Source: Chiloscyllium plagiosum (Eukaryota). Taken from it: DNA of 64,000 nt. Below are positions 38,454-50,815 of the stretch, piece by piece. Within the stretch, counting starts at the first letter, position 1, and every line of letters starts with the position of its first letter. The stretch spans positions 102,068,059 through 102,132,058 of the forward strand of contig NC_057718.1 in NCBI RefSeq assembly GCF_004010195.1, read 5' to 3'. A model generated the notes under the pieces. The model searched no databases. It had not been told where the DNA came from and saw nothing but the letters and a program-made list of their open reading frames with translations. The translations under genes and the position numbers were made by a program.

Positions 38454-38790
38454 TGGGCGGCACAGTGGCTCAGTGGTTAGCCCTACTGCCTCACAGCGCT
38501 AGGGACCCATATTTGATTCCAGCCTCGGGCGACAGCGTGTGAGGAGTTTGCACGTTCTCCCCGTGTCTGAGTGGGTTTCCTCCAGGTGCTCTGGTTACCT
38601 CCCACAGACCAAAGATGGATTGGACATGGGAAATTGCCCATAGTGCCCAGGGAGGTGCATGCTAGGTGGATTGACCCTGGGAAATGCAGGGTGATAGGGT
38701 AGGGGCATGGGTCTGGCAAGGATGCCTTTCAGAGGGTCGGTGTGGATTCGATGGGCCAAATGGCCTACTTCCACACTGTAGGGTTTCTAT
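38454..38790 (+). mobile_element. HE1-type SINE
   Basis: GGGCGGCACAGTGGCTCAGTGGTTAGC head, typical body and tail. Confidence 0.92.
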
Positions 38791-39004
38791 AACAATCCAA
38801 ACCACCCAAACGGGTTCGCCACTATTTTATCGCATTTATTGGAACCTTGGTGTTCTCACACTGACCCCAACAAAGCAAGAAAACATATTGTAGTGACAAT
38901 TCCTCATCAACAACAACTAAAAGCAAAAACAGTTGATGCTGGAGATCTGAATTAGTGCGCTGGAGAAACTCAGCAAGTCTGGTAGCATCTGGGGAGATTA
39001 GGTT

Positions 39005-39313
39005 CCTTACAGTATGGAAACAAGCCGTTCAGCCCAACAAGTCCACACCAAGCCTCCGAAGAGTAACCCACCCAGACCCATTCCCCTACATTTACCCCTG
39101 ACCATCTAACACTATGGGCAATTTAGCATGGCCAATTCACCTGACCTGCACATCTTTGGACTGTGGGAGGGAACGCGGAGCACCCGGAGGAAACCCACAC
39201 AGACACGGGGGAGAATGTGTAAACTCCACACAGACAGTCACCCGAGGCTGGAACCGAACCCCAATCCCTGGCGCTGTGAAGCGACAGTGCTAACCACTGA
39301 CCCATCATGCCGT
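39005..39313 (-). mobile_element. HE1-type SINE inserted into a fold-back mini-element (38920-39000 and 39315-39495)
   Basis: SINE body on the minus strand. Left flank GCTGGAGAAACTCAGCAAGTCTG and right flank CAGACCTGCTGAGTCTCTCCAGC are inverted arms. Confidence 0.85.
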
Positions 39314-39924
39314 CCTGAAACAGAGACAGAGACAGAAACAGTTATCATTTTGAGTCTGGTGTGACTTCTTTGGAACAGATTCTTCTCTGAACCTTTGTTT
39401 CAAAGAAGCTTCTGACTGCACTCGAAATATTCACTCTGTTTTTCTCTCTCTACAGACCTGCTGAGTCTCTCCAGCAATTACTATTCTTATTTCAGTGAAG
39501 GCTACTTGCATTCATGTAGCACCTACATGCAGTAAGGTGTTCGAAGACACTTCACAGGAGTGTTGTCAAACTAAATTTAAGAGTCTTTCATTAATAATGA
39601 AGCACTTTGGAACATCCCTGGGCAGGGAGAGGGCCGGGGTGTGTGTGAAAGGCACTAAAAATACAAAATCTTTTCTCTTTCAGCTTCACCAAATGTTCGA
39701 GCAAGCGGCTTGAAGAATAAGCTTCTACTGTTGGAATGAAAGGAATAGAACATAAGAAATAGGAGCAGGAGGAGGCCAGTCAGCCCATCAGATTTGCTCT
39801 GCCACTCCATAAGATCATGGCTGATCTATTCCAACACCATTTTCCTGGCAATATTTCCCTATTGCTTGCTAATTCCAATCTGTAAAAATCTCCTGAGCTC
39901 AACAACTGAGTCTCCACAGTCTTT

Positions 39925-40232
39925 TAGATTACATTACAGTGTGGAAACAGGCCCCTCGGCCCAACAAGTCCACACTGCCCCGCCGAAGCGCAACCCACCC
40001 ATACTCCTACATTTACCCCTTACCTAACACAACGGGCAATTTAGCATGGCCAATTCACCTAACCTGCACATCTTTGGACTGTGGGAGGAAACCGGAACAC
40101 CCGGAGGAAACCCACGCAGACACGGGGAGAACGTGCAAACTCCACACAGTCAGTCGCCTGAGGCGGGAATTGAACCCGGAATCTCTGGCACTGTGAGGCA
40201 GCAGTGCTAACCACTGTGCCACCGTGCCGCCC
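39925..40232 (-). mobile_element. young full-length HE1-type SINE inserted in a minus-strand CR1 remnant (39750-40640)
   Basis: Near-identical to 32548-32857; CR1 sequence resumes on both sides. Confidence 0.95.
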
Positions 40233-41396
40233 TCTTCTGGGAAAAGAATTCCAAAGAGGGAAGAAATTCCTCCTCATCTCAGTCCTAGATGGCCCACCCC
40301 TTACCCTGAAACCCCACCCAGGGATAAACCTCCTTCTTGCATCCACCCTTTTGTAGCCTGCAAAAAATGCTGTATTGTTGAATGGAGATAACCTCTCATT
40401 CCTCTAGATTCCAGAGAATATACGCCCAGTTTCTTTCATTTATCCTCATTGGACAATCCCAGGAATCTGTCTGGTGGACATATCATGCACTGCTTCTTTA
40501 GTAGGTATCTCTTCCTGCAGGTAAGGAGACCAAACCCTCAGACAGTACCCCAGAAGTGGACTCACCAAGGCTGTGATAAGACACTTTTACTCCTTAGTCC
40601 AGTACACTTCTAATAACATACTATTTGCATTGAGAGACGGGTCCCTCAGTGAAATCAGCTAACCATTCAGCCAATGGAGCAGTTCTGCACCTATTAGATT
40701 AACCATTTTCGATCATTCTTTTTGATTTTTAGACAAAAATAATTTGGACGTAACGAGGAACAAGTGCAGAACATTCACAGCAGAGAGACCTACTGCTACA
40801 CATCTCCTCTCACAATGGAAAATTGCAATTTCTGATTGCATCTACAGAAAGCCTCTCCATCTCTCCCTCTACTCCAACACTGCAGGGCTTTATAGAGAAA
40901 GTTGCACATTACATTCAATGTCATATCATTCATCAGTTGCATATACCATACAGCACGTCAAATATTGGAAGAGAGCAAACATACATGACCAGGTAAATAT
41001 CACCAGAAGTTAATTCATATTTAAATGTCACATTTCTGAAGTGCAAAATGGATTTAATTTGTTCAAAATGGCTTTAATCTGTTTGTATTCTGTTAGTTTA
41101 CTTCCTCTGCCCATTAAGTGGGTGCTGAAGTACAGTTCCTCAAACAGAGACATTCTAAACAAAGGCCAGGCATGACAACTGGGGAAAGACAAGGAATGTC
41201 AGTCAGCAACAAGATACACTGGGTGGGTAAATGTACGTACAAGGGTTGGCAATTGGTTTGTCAGAACATAAGAACTCGGAGCAGGAGTAGGCTATTCAGC
41301 CCCTCCACCATTGAACATGATCACGGCTGATCTCATTTCAGCCTCAACTCCATTTCCCTGCATGCTTCCCATAACCCTTTAACCCATTATTAATTA

Positions 41397-41594
41397 TAAA
41401 CCTGAAATTGCTGGAAAAGCTCAGCCAGTCTGGCAGCACCTGTGGAGAGAAATCAGAGTTAACCTTTCGGGTCAAGTGACCCTTATGAAATGTTAACTCT
41501 AATTTCTTTCCACAGGTGCTGCCAAACCTGCTGAGTTTTTCCGGCAATTTCTGTTTTTGTTTCTGATTTGCGGCATCCGTAGTTCTTTCAATTT
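41397..41594. mobile_element. palindromic fold-back mini-element with a 7-bp TSD (TTAATTA), inside a CR1 remnant
   Basis: GAAATTGCTGGAAAAGCTCAGCCAGTCTGGCAGCACCTGTGGAGAGAAATCAGAGTTAAC versus GTTAACTCTAATTTCTTTCCACAGGTGCTGCCAAACCTGCTGAGTTTTTCCGGCAATTTC; TTAATTA at 41390-41396 and 41595-41601. Confidence 0.8.
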
Positions 41595-43349
41595 TTAATT
41601 AAAAATCCGTCTTTCTCCTCCTTACATTTACTCAATGTCCTGGCATCCACCACACTCTAGGGGAATGAATTCCACAGATTCAATACCCTTTGAGAGAAGT
41701 GATTTCTCCTTATCTCTGGTTTAAATCTGTCATCCCTTATCCTGAAACTATGATGTCATGTTCTAGATTGCTCCAGATTGTTCTTGTACTATCGCAGACT
41801 TTGCTTTATTATTTTCGTTTGCGAACAGCTTGTGGATTTGTACAGAGCTAGAATTAGAAGCACACCTATAATTAATAAGTCCCAGAAAACTTGATCGTTT
41901 AATGTGTGACAGACCAATTTGTTTCATTCTATTCCTGGAGCCTGTCTGTGTTCTCCATTAATTGGCGTAACTGTGTTAGTCCTTTGTGAAATTAGTCTGG
42001 AAGTGGGACATTGAGTTGAGGAAGGTCGGTTGCATTCTTGGCTTTAAACAAATTGACCCCCTGCATGTTTGTAGGCACTGTCTCATTTCTGGGGCTGGGG
42101 GTTAGCCTGTTTCATGACAATCAATTGGGCCATGCCACTATTGTACCAGGAAGGAGAATCTGAAATATTAGAGGCTCCTGAAGATCTTGAGGTGTCCCTA
42201 ACCATGGGCTGAAACGTGTGGAGGAGCAGGAGGCCTTACCAGGTGAGTGAGACCCGCACTTCCTCCCTAAAGCAGGTCCTGCTGTGCCAAACCTTGATCA
42301 GGCATTAGTGAGGCCACCAGCAGACATTTGCTTGGAATTAGGACCCCATTGCGGGGGTGTGGGGGGAGGCCCTGTCCACGGAGAGCTGGCGTCCAATGAG
42401 TTTCAATTCTGTACTTCCAGTGTCCAGAGACACTGACAATGGGACGTCATGCTGAAAACCACTTCATCTACCCTCCTTCAAAATCCACACGACTGTCTTC
42501 TCTAGAGGCACAGACGGGGGGGCTCATGTTAATTTTCATCATTTCTTTGCTCGCAGTTCTGACATCAGTTGAAGTGCATTGCTCCAGCTGAGTTTGATTT
42601 ATTTAAAAAGCAGTGCACTCCTTGTGGATTTTATACTTGCACAGTTCAGAAAGAAGACAGGCCAAAAATGACTCAAGTGAAAACCCGAAACAGACTTCTG
42701 ACTGTGCATTTGAATAGTCATCTATCAGCAGATGCCTTGCTTAGTGTGACATTTCTGATGTCCCTTCAGGCTCTACATGAAATTATTCTGACTATATTTA
42801 TCTTGTGCCTCTCTTGTCTCACTGTTGACTGATCCAGCTGTTAATTGCTTTCGCTACAGTCCTTTTCACATCTCCGTCTCCCTACGCGACCTGATTTTGT
42901 GATCAGTTCGAATGGACTTAAGGGCTTCAGATTGAGGGAATGCACTGGGGAGATGCTGGCCTAGTGGTAATATCACTGGGTTGTAGTATAGACTAACTCT
43001 CTGGGGATGTATGTTCAAATCCCACTGTGACAGCTGAGTTAATTTAATAAATTCCCTAAATAAATCTGAAATGAAGGCCTCTTCTGGTGCAGTATAGAGT
43101 CCCTACTACTGAGCTATGAGAATGGGGTTCAAGTCCCACCTACTCCAGAGGTGTGTAATAATATCCTGAAGGGGATGATGAGGAAAATATCTAAATCTGG
43201 TGATCATGAAACCATTGGCAATTGGTGTCAAAACCCATCTGGTTCACTAATGCCCATCAGGGAAGGAAATCTACCTTCCTCACCTGGTCTTGCCTACATA
43301 TGACTTCAGACCCAGTGACCCTTAACTGCTCTCTGAAATGGCCAAGCGA

Positions 43350-45885
43350 GCCTTTCAGTTCTATCAATTGTCACAAAGACTCAACAAAGAAATTAAACCA
43401 GAGGACTATCGGGCATCAAACTAGGTACTGGAAAAGACAACAGCAGAAACAGCTCTGTTGACCCTGCGGAGTCCTCCTCACTAACACCAGGGGGCTAGTG
43501 TCAACATTGGGAGAGCTATCTCACAGACTAGGCAAGCAACAGCCTGACACAGTCATACTCACGGAATCATATCTCACAGACAATGTCCCAGACACCACCA
43601 TCACCATCCCTAGATATGTCCTGTCCCCCCAGCAGTGGTGGTGTTACAGTCAGGTGGGAGTGGCTTTGGCAGTCCTCATCATTGACTCCAGATTGAATGT
43701 AGTCTCATGGCTTCAGGTTAAATACGGGCAAGGAAGCCTCTTGCTGATTACCACATACTCCCTCGGCTGATAAATCAGTACTCCTCCATGTTGAACAACA
43801 CATTTAGAGGAAGCACTGAGGATGGAATTTCAATGCCCATCACCAAGAGTGGCGTGGCAGCAGTACTATTGATTGAGCTGGTCAGGTCCTGAAAAACATA
43901 CCTGCTGGACTGGATCTGCAGCAGGTGGTGAGGGAACCAACAAGAGCAAAAAACATACTTGACTTCAACCTTACCAATTTGCTGGCTGCAGATGTATCTG
44001 TCCATGACAGTATCGGTTAGGGTGCCCACTGCACAATCCTTGTGGAGACAAAGTCCTGCCTTCACAGTGAGAATACCTTCCATCGTGTTGTGTCGCACTA
44101 TCACTGTGCTAAATGGGACTGACTTCAAACAGACCGAGCAACCCAAAACTGGGCATCCATGAGGCGCTATCAGTCACCAACAGCAGCAGAATTGTCCTCC
44201 AGTACAATCTGTAACTTCATGGCCTGGCATATCCCTCACTCAGCCATTGCCATCAAGCCAGGGGATCAACCCCAGTTCAGGAGAGTGCAGGAGGGCATGA
44301 CAGGAGCAGCACCAGGCATACTTGATGATGAGGTGTCACCCTGGTGAAGACACCAAACAAGACTACTTGCCAAATACCATAAGCAACAAGTGACAGACAG
44401 AAGTAAGTGATAACCAGCAGATTGGATCTAAGCCCTGCAGTCCTTCCACATCCAGTCGTGAATGGTGGTGTGTGGTTAAACAACTTATTGGAGGAGGGAG
44501 CTCCACAAATATCCCCATCTTCAATGATGGAAGAGCCCAGCACATCAGTGCAAAAGATAAGGTTACAGCTTTTGCAGCAATCTTCAGCCAGAAGTGCTGA
44601 GTGGATGATCCATCTTGGCCTCCTTTAATGGTCACCAGTGTTTCAGATACTGGTCTCCAACCAATTCCATTCACTCCACTGGATACTGCAAAGGCTATGG
44701 GCCCTGATAATATTCCAGCAAATGACATGTGTTCCAGAACTTGCTATACCTCAAGCTAAGCTGTCCCAGTACAGTTACAACACTGGCATCTACCCAACAA
44801 TGTAGAAAATTGCCCGAGTAAGTCCTGTACATAAAAATCAGGACGAATCCAAATTGATTAATTACCACCCCATCAGTCTACTCTTGATCCTTAGTAAAGT
44901 GATGGAAGGGATCATCCACAGTGCTATCCACCTGCTCAGCAATAACCTGCTCAGTGACGCCCAGTTTAGGTTCCCCCAGGGGTACTCATCTCCTGACCTC
45001 ATTACAGCCTTGGTTCAAACATGAGCAAAAGAGTATGACATGTGATTCCTCAGATATTGAAGCAGTCCATGTTCAAATGCAACAAGATCTGGACAATATT
45101 CAGGCTTGGGCTGATAAGTGGCAAGTAACATTCACATCACACAAATACCAGGCAATAAGGGACAATCTAACCACTGCCCCTTGACATTCAATAGTGTTAC
45201 CATCACTGCGTCCCCCACTAACAATGTCTTTGGGATTAGCATTGACTAGAAACTCAACTGGACTTGCCATATAAATACAATGTCTATAAGAGCAGGTCAG
45301 AGGCTGGGAACACTGTGGTAAGTAACTCACCTCCAGACTTTGCAAAGTCTGTCCACTAGCTATAAGGTACAATTCAGGAGTGTGACAGAATACTCCCCAC
45401 TTGCCTGGATGAGTGCAGCTCCAACATCATTCAAGAAGGTTGACACCATCCAAGACAAAGCAGCCACCTGATTGGCACCACACTCACAAGCATCCACTCC
45501 CTCCACCACCCATGCTCAGTAGCAGCAGTGTGTACTATCTACAAGATGCACTGCAGCAATTCGCCAAAGATCCTCAGACAGCACCTTCCAAACCCATGAC
45601 CACTTCCATCTAGAAGGACAAGGGCAGCAGATACATGGGAACACCACCCCCTGCAAGTTCCCCTCCAAGCCACTCACCATCCTGGAAATATGTCACCATT
45701 CCTTCACTGTCGCTGGGACAAAATCCTGGAATTCCCTCCCTAAGGGTCATTATGGCATTGTGGGTCAACCTATAGCACATGGACTGTAGCGGTTCAAGAA
45801 GACAGCTCACCCCCACTTTCTCAAGGGGCAACTAGGGATGGCCAAGCCAGCAACACCCAGGTCGCACTGGGTGAATAAAAATAAA
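43350..45885 (+). mobile_element. degenerate CR1/L2-group LINE of a second family (APE plus internally deleted RT plus 3' tail)
   Basis: LGELSHRLGKQQPDTVILTESYL (APE start), YHPISLLLILSKVMEGII, MQQDLDNIQAWADKWQVTF; tail GGGCAACTAGGGATGG...GAATAAAAATAAAAA. Confidence 0.88.
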
Positions 45886-47239
45886 AACCCACAGCAATGT
45901 GGATCACCTTTAACTACACTCCAAGATGGCTGAACAGCCACTCAATTCAAGGATAACTAGAGATGGACAACAAATGTTGGCTACGGCAGCAGTCAATAGA
46001 TCCCTAGAAAGAACAGAGGAGAAAACATATTTGCATATGTTCAACCTGAAATGTAAATATTACTCATGTTAGCAGTGCCTCACAAATTTTCTTTTATGCA
46101 CACACACAGTTTGGTCTTATTAACACACAGAAACCAAGGGCTACCATATCAAAGAAATGTGAATGTCAGCTTAAAGAACACATATGACATAGAAGCAGCA
46201 GTAGACCATTCAGCCCATCGAGTCTGCGTCGCCATTCAATGTGATTGTGGCAGATCTGATAAACCTCAACTCCACTTTCTTGCCTTTTCCCCATAACCCT
46301 TGATTCCCTCTCTGATTAAAAATCTGTCACCCTCAGCCTTGAATATACTTCATGACCCAGCCTCAACAGCCATCTAGGGTAAAGAATTCCACAGATTCAC
46401 TCCCCTCTGAGAGAAGCAATTTCTACTCATTTCGATTTTAAGTAGATGACCCCTTATTCTGAGATAATGCCATCTGGTCCTAGACTCTCCCATAAAGGGA
46501 AACAATCTGAATTGAATTGAATTAGCTTTATCATCACATGTACTCAATTGAGTACAGTGAAAAGTTTACAGTCACAGCATTACAGCACCGTCTTCAGTAC
46601 AAAGGTGCCTCAGTACAATATCATGTCCCCTAAGAATGTTTTTTCCTGTTTCAGTAAGGTCACCTCTCATTCTCCTAAGCTCCAATGAGCTGAACTAGAA
46701 TGCTAGCTCATCTAATTGGCCCAGCATTCCGGTGTTTCGACATTAGTTCCTAGATCAGCAGCACCTGAATCTCAAAATTCTCGACATTCCTTTCAAAACC
46801 ATCCATGACTTCATGCTGTCCCTGTCTTGTCTCCATCAGGGAAGCTGAGCTGTGTTGGGAGGAGGGACATATCTTGCCCAAGACCTGTCAGTCCTGCCCC
46901 ACCCCCATGGCAGTATTGGTGTGTATGTGTGTGTTATTTTAGTTAACTAATTGCCCTCCTTTCAGACAGGAGGGAATTCTCCAGTCTGGAAACCTTCCAG
47001 TCAGGGTCCGTTTGAAGAGTCAGTATTAAGTGCTCAGTGCCAGACTCAGCCAGGTATCCCCGGAATGCTGCAGTCGCTGGGAGTCTGATGAAATATCCTG
47101 GACAATCTTGTGGGTGTTGCAGTGTGACTGTGTCTGTATAGAGTTTGCAGCTATTAGGGGATGATACTAAACAGTCAAACAAAATCTACAGACTCACATC
47201 ATTCAATTGGAACCTGAAGGTAGGTTAGGCCATTCAGAA

Positions 47240-47845
47240 TTAGGTCACTCAGCCCATCAAATCTGCTCTACCATTTAATCATGGCTGATATGTTTCACAA
47301 GCCCATTCTCCTGCCTACTTCCCATAACCCTTCATCCTTTATGAGTCAAGAACCTATCTATCGATCTGTTAAAGATACTCAATGAACTTGTCCACCACAG
47401 CCCTCTGCATCAATGAGTTCCACAGATAAACCCCCTTCTGCCTGAAGAAACTCTTCCTTATCTCAGTTCTAAAGTGTCATCCCTTCCCTCTGAGGCTGTG
47501 CCCTCAGATCCAGTCTCTCCTACTGATGGAAACATCTTCTCCATGTCCACTGTATCCAGGTCTCTCGGTACTCTGTAAATTTCAATGAGAATACCTACCT
47601 CATTCTTATAAACACCATTGAGTACAGACTCAGAGTCCTCAACTGCTCCTCATATGACAAACCATCATCCCCAGGATCATCCCAGACCCCCCACTAAGGC
47701 CAGCACATCCTCCCTCAGATACAGGATCCAAAACTGCTCACGATATTCCAAATGCAGTCTGACTAGAGCCTTTTACAGCCTCAGCAGTACATGTCTGCTC
47801 TTGCATTCTAGCCTTCTGGAAATGAATGCTAACATTGTGTATTTA
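47240..47845 (-). mobile_element. CR1 3' fragment ending about 10 bp from the exon 4 donor
   Basis: CR1 motifs ATATTCCAAATGCAGTCTGACTAGAGCCTTTTACAGCCTCAGCAGTACATG (reverse of the LRLYKALVRPHLEY region). Confidence 0.85.
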
Positions 47846-47855
47846 GAGACCTTAC

Positions 47856-48037
47856 CACATTTGCCTGCCAAATAGCTCCGTCCCAAGGGAATGGATTTGC
47901 GAGGATGCAGCACTGCACTCCCCCCGACAGAGCCTGACTGAAGAATCCATCTTTCCCGGCTGCTACTCTGCGAATGAGCTTTTCCATCTCTGTCGAGCTG
48001 CTCTGTCCTTGTAAACGCCTGAGAGCTCTGAAGGTAC
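47856..48037 (-). CDS. coding exon 4 of the minus-strand gene ((K)YLQSSQAFTRTEQLDRDGKAHSQSSSRERWILQSGSVGGSAVLHPRKSIPLGRSYLAGKC)
   Basis: Acceptor gcatttctaaacccgcag|G, donor GTG|GTAAGG, 182 nt, GC/CpG-richer unique island. Phase 2 to 1 fits exons 3 and 5. A second frame is also open. Confidence 0.6.
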
Positions 48038-48415
48038 CTGCGGGTTTAGAAATGCATTTCCCATCACAGAAGCTGGGAGCAAGACAGCTTGCACTCCCCT
48101 GTCTGCTCACAGTCTCCCCGACGACCGGAGCTTCCTCAGGCTCAGCTCAGCCAAGTCAGGAAGGCTGACCTCTTCCAAACAGACCGTCCCCTTCTCTCTT
48201 CACTGCTCTCTGCCCCAGACAGTCCACTCGCTTCAGACATCCAGCATCACACTCTGCTGACCCTCGGGGGAGATGATGAGAGAGAGAGGGATCAGATACA
48301 TAGCAGCAAGAGGCCTGCAAAAAAGGAGGAAGACAGAGGAAAGGAGAAGAGTGGAGACAGTAGACCACACGAGGGAGGGAAACAACAGAAAAGAGGAGGA
48401 AAGGAGGAAAGTGGA

Positions 48416-48725
48416 TGGACACGTGGCTCAGTGGTTAGCACTGCTGCCTCACAGCACCAGGGACCCAGGTTCAATTCCAGCCTCGGGCAACTGTCTGTGT
48501 GGAGTTTGCACATTCCCCCCGGGGCTGCGATGGGTTTCCTCTGGGTGCTCCGGTTTCCTCCCACAGTCCAAAGATATGCAGGTGAGGTGAATTGGCCATG
48601 CTAAATTGCCTGTAGTGTTAAGTGCATTAGTCAGAGGGAAATGGGTCTGGATAGGTTATTCTTCAGAGGGTCAGCGTGGATTTGTTGGGCCGAAGGGCCT
48701 GTTTCCACACTGTATGGAATCTAAT
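48416..48725 (+). mobile_element. HE1-type SINE
   Basis: TGGCTCAGTGGTTAGC, GGTTCAATTCC, tail GGGCCGAAGGGCCTGTTTCCACACTGTA. Confidence 0.93.
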
Positions 48726-49169
48726 CAGACAGAGGAGGGAGGATAACAAGAGAAAAATAAAACTAAAAGAGAAACCGAACTCAACAGAATGAAGCCTTCA
48801 GTTGGACACTGAAGGGTATTACAACCTTTAAAAGATATTTGGACAGATACATGAATAGGAAAGGTTTCGAGGGATATGGGGCAAGTAAAAGGTTTGGGAA
48901 ACTCGGTCGTCATGACGAGCTGGACTGGAGGGTCTGTTTCTGTGCTGCATGACTCTATCACACTATGGCTCTATTATAACTGAGTCCATGTAGGATGGGC
49001 ACTGGGGCTCAGATTTTATCAGGATGGGGAGCAGGTAGAGAGTCGGTGGGTCCTAACAGCAGATCAACATCCCTCCCCCCCTCCAATCTCCAAAGCTGCT
49101 TCCAGTGGGGACATTACATTCTATCCTGGGAAGACACAAAGAAACATATGAATGATGAGCAGCCTGACC

Positions 49170-49870
49170 CGTTATTCAGTAGGAGCATGGACTGAGCTGG
49201 TTCAGGCATCTCAGCTCCACTTTCCTACCTGCCCCTCCCATAAACCATAACTGCCCTCGTCTATCAAACATCTGCCTATCTCAACCCTGACAGCATTCAA
49301 TGGTCCAACCCCATCATCTCACTGAGGGTAATCTTTCCACAGACTAATGGCCATCTGAGAGAAAAAGCATTCTCTTCGTTTCTGTCTTAAGAGGAAAACC
49401 CTTGTTGAGAAACTGTGTCCTCCTAGTTCTGGACTCTCCCACAAGGAGAGGCATCCCTTCAGAATCCACCCTGTTGAAGCCCCTCAGGAACCATACGTCT
49501 CAATGAGATCACTTCCCATTCTTCAAACATCAGAGGATATAGACCCACCTGCTCAATCTTTCCTCATAAGATAAGCTCTTCATCACAGGAATGAGGTGGG
49601 TAAACATTACTTGAACTGCTTCTAACAGAGATATACCAATAAGGAGAGTGAGATTGCACAGAGTGATTTTGATGTGGTCTCACTGATGCCCTGGAGAGCT
49701 GCAGTAAGATTTCTCTTCTCTCACAGTCTATTTCCCTTGCAGTAAATGTCCATGTGCCTCTTGCCTTCCTACTAACTTGCTGTAGCTATGTGCTAATTTT
49801 ATGTGCTTCGTGAACCAGTACACCTGGATTCCTCTATATTTCCCAGTTCTGTGTTCTCTCTCCAGTTCTA
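49170..49870 (-). mobile_element. old CR1 fragment
   Basis: Degenerate CR1 3' sequence shared with other minus-strand copies (46180-46690, 51940-52390). Confidence 0.7.
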
Positions 49871-50479
49871 CTCTTCCTGCCAAACAGGCAAATTCACCTG
49901 TGAAGGTGAATCACTGTTTTCTGGTTCATTGCACCCTTCAAACAGTTTCCCAGCATAAGAACAGATTGAACAAAAATCCAGCAATGTTGAGGACTGACCC
50001 TGAGCAGAGAACTGTGATGAAATATTATAGAAATCTAAACGCTCAAGCACTGGGAAGAGGCTTAATAAAGAGCCCTCAAGAGATTTATATAATATTAAAT
50101 GGTAGAGAAAAGGTCAACACAAAATGTTACTGGCAGATGGTTGATTTCATGAGAGAAAGGTAATGTTAAAGAGAATTTGGAAAAAAAGGAGTTAGCTCCA
50201 AAGGGAGATAAACATTTGGTCTGAGGCACTGAAATGCAAGATTAGAGAATTTTGAGACGTAATCCCTTGTTTGAGAGTCTGAGCTGAAAGAATGAAGCTT
50301 GACCTTTCTTCACACAACTTTTGAACTTTCTGAAGAGAATCTCAATAAAAAAAGTCTCAATTCAAAAAAAATCAAAACATTTCAGGAGCACATTTCACAG
50401 TGAGGGTCAAGAGAAGCAAGGAATTGACTGATTGAATGATAAACCAATTAGTGCAGACCAATTAATCCAATCCAGTTTT

Positions 50480-50815
50480 GATGGGGCCAAATGCTCCAGA
50501 CTTCTGGTCGGTTCATGGTGGGCGGGCTCTCTGCCGGAGGAGTTATGGGGGTTCAGCTAGAGTAGCACCCATCTCCTCTATCTGGAGGTCTACCTTAGCC
50601 TGGCTGAGGATTCCTGGCCAGCGAATGCAGGAGCTGGAGGCCAAGGTCTCGGCTCGCCTGGGACAGGACTGCTCCGAGTGCTGTCTTACAGGAGCCGAGT
50701 GCTGGTCATAAACCAGCTGGTGGCCGCCATGCTATACTACCAGCTGGTCCCTGGGTCTCTCCTCCTGGGTTTGTCACTGACATCCAGAGAACATTGGTTC
50801 ACTTCTTCTGGGACA
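50480..50815 (+). mobile_element. Tx1/L1-clade ORF2 fragment (post-RT region)
   Basis: QELEAKVSARLG..TGLLRVLSYRSRVLVINQLVAAMLYYQLV across frameshifts. Confidence 0.7.
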
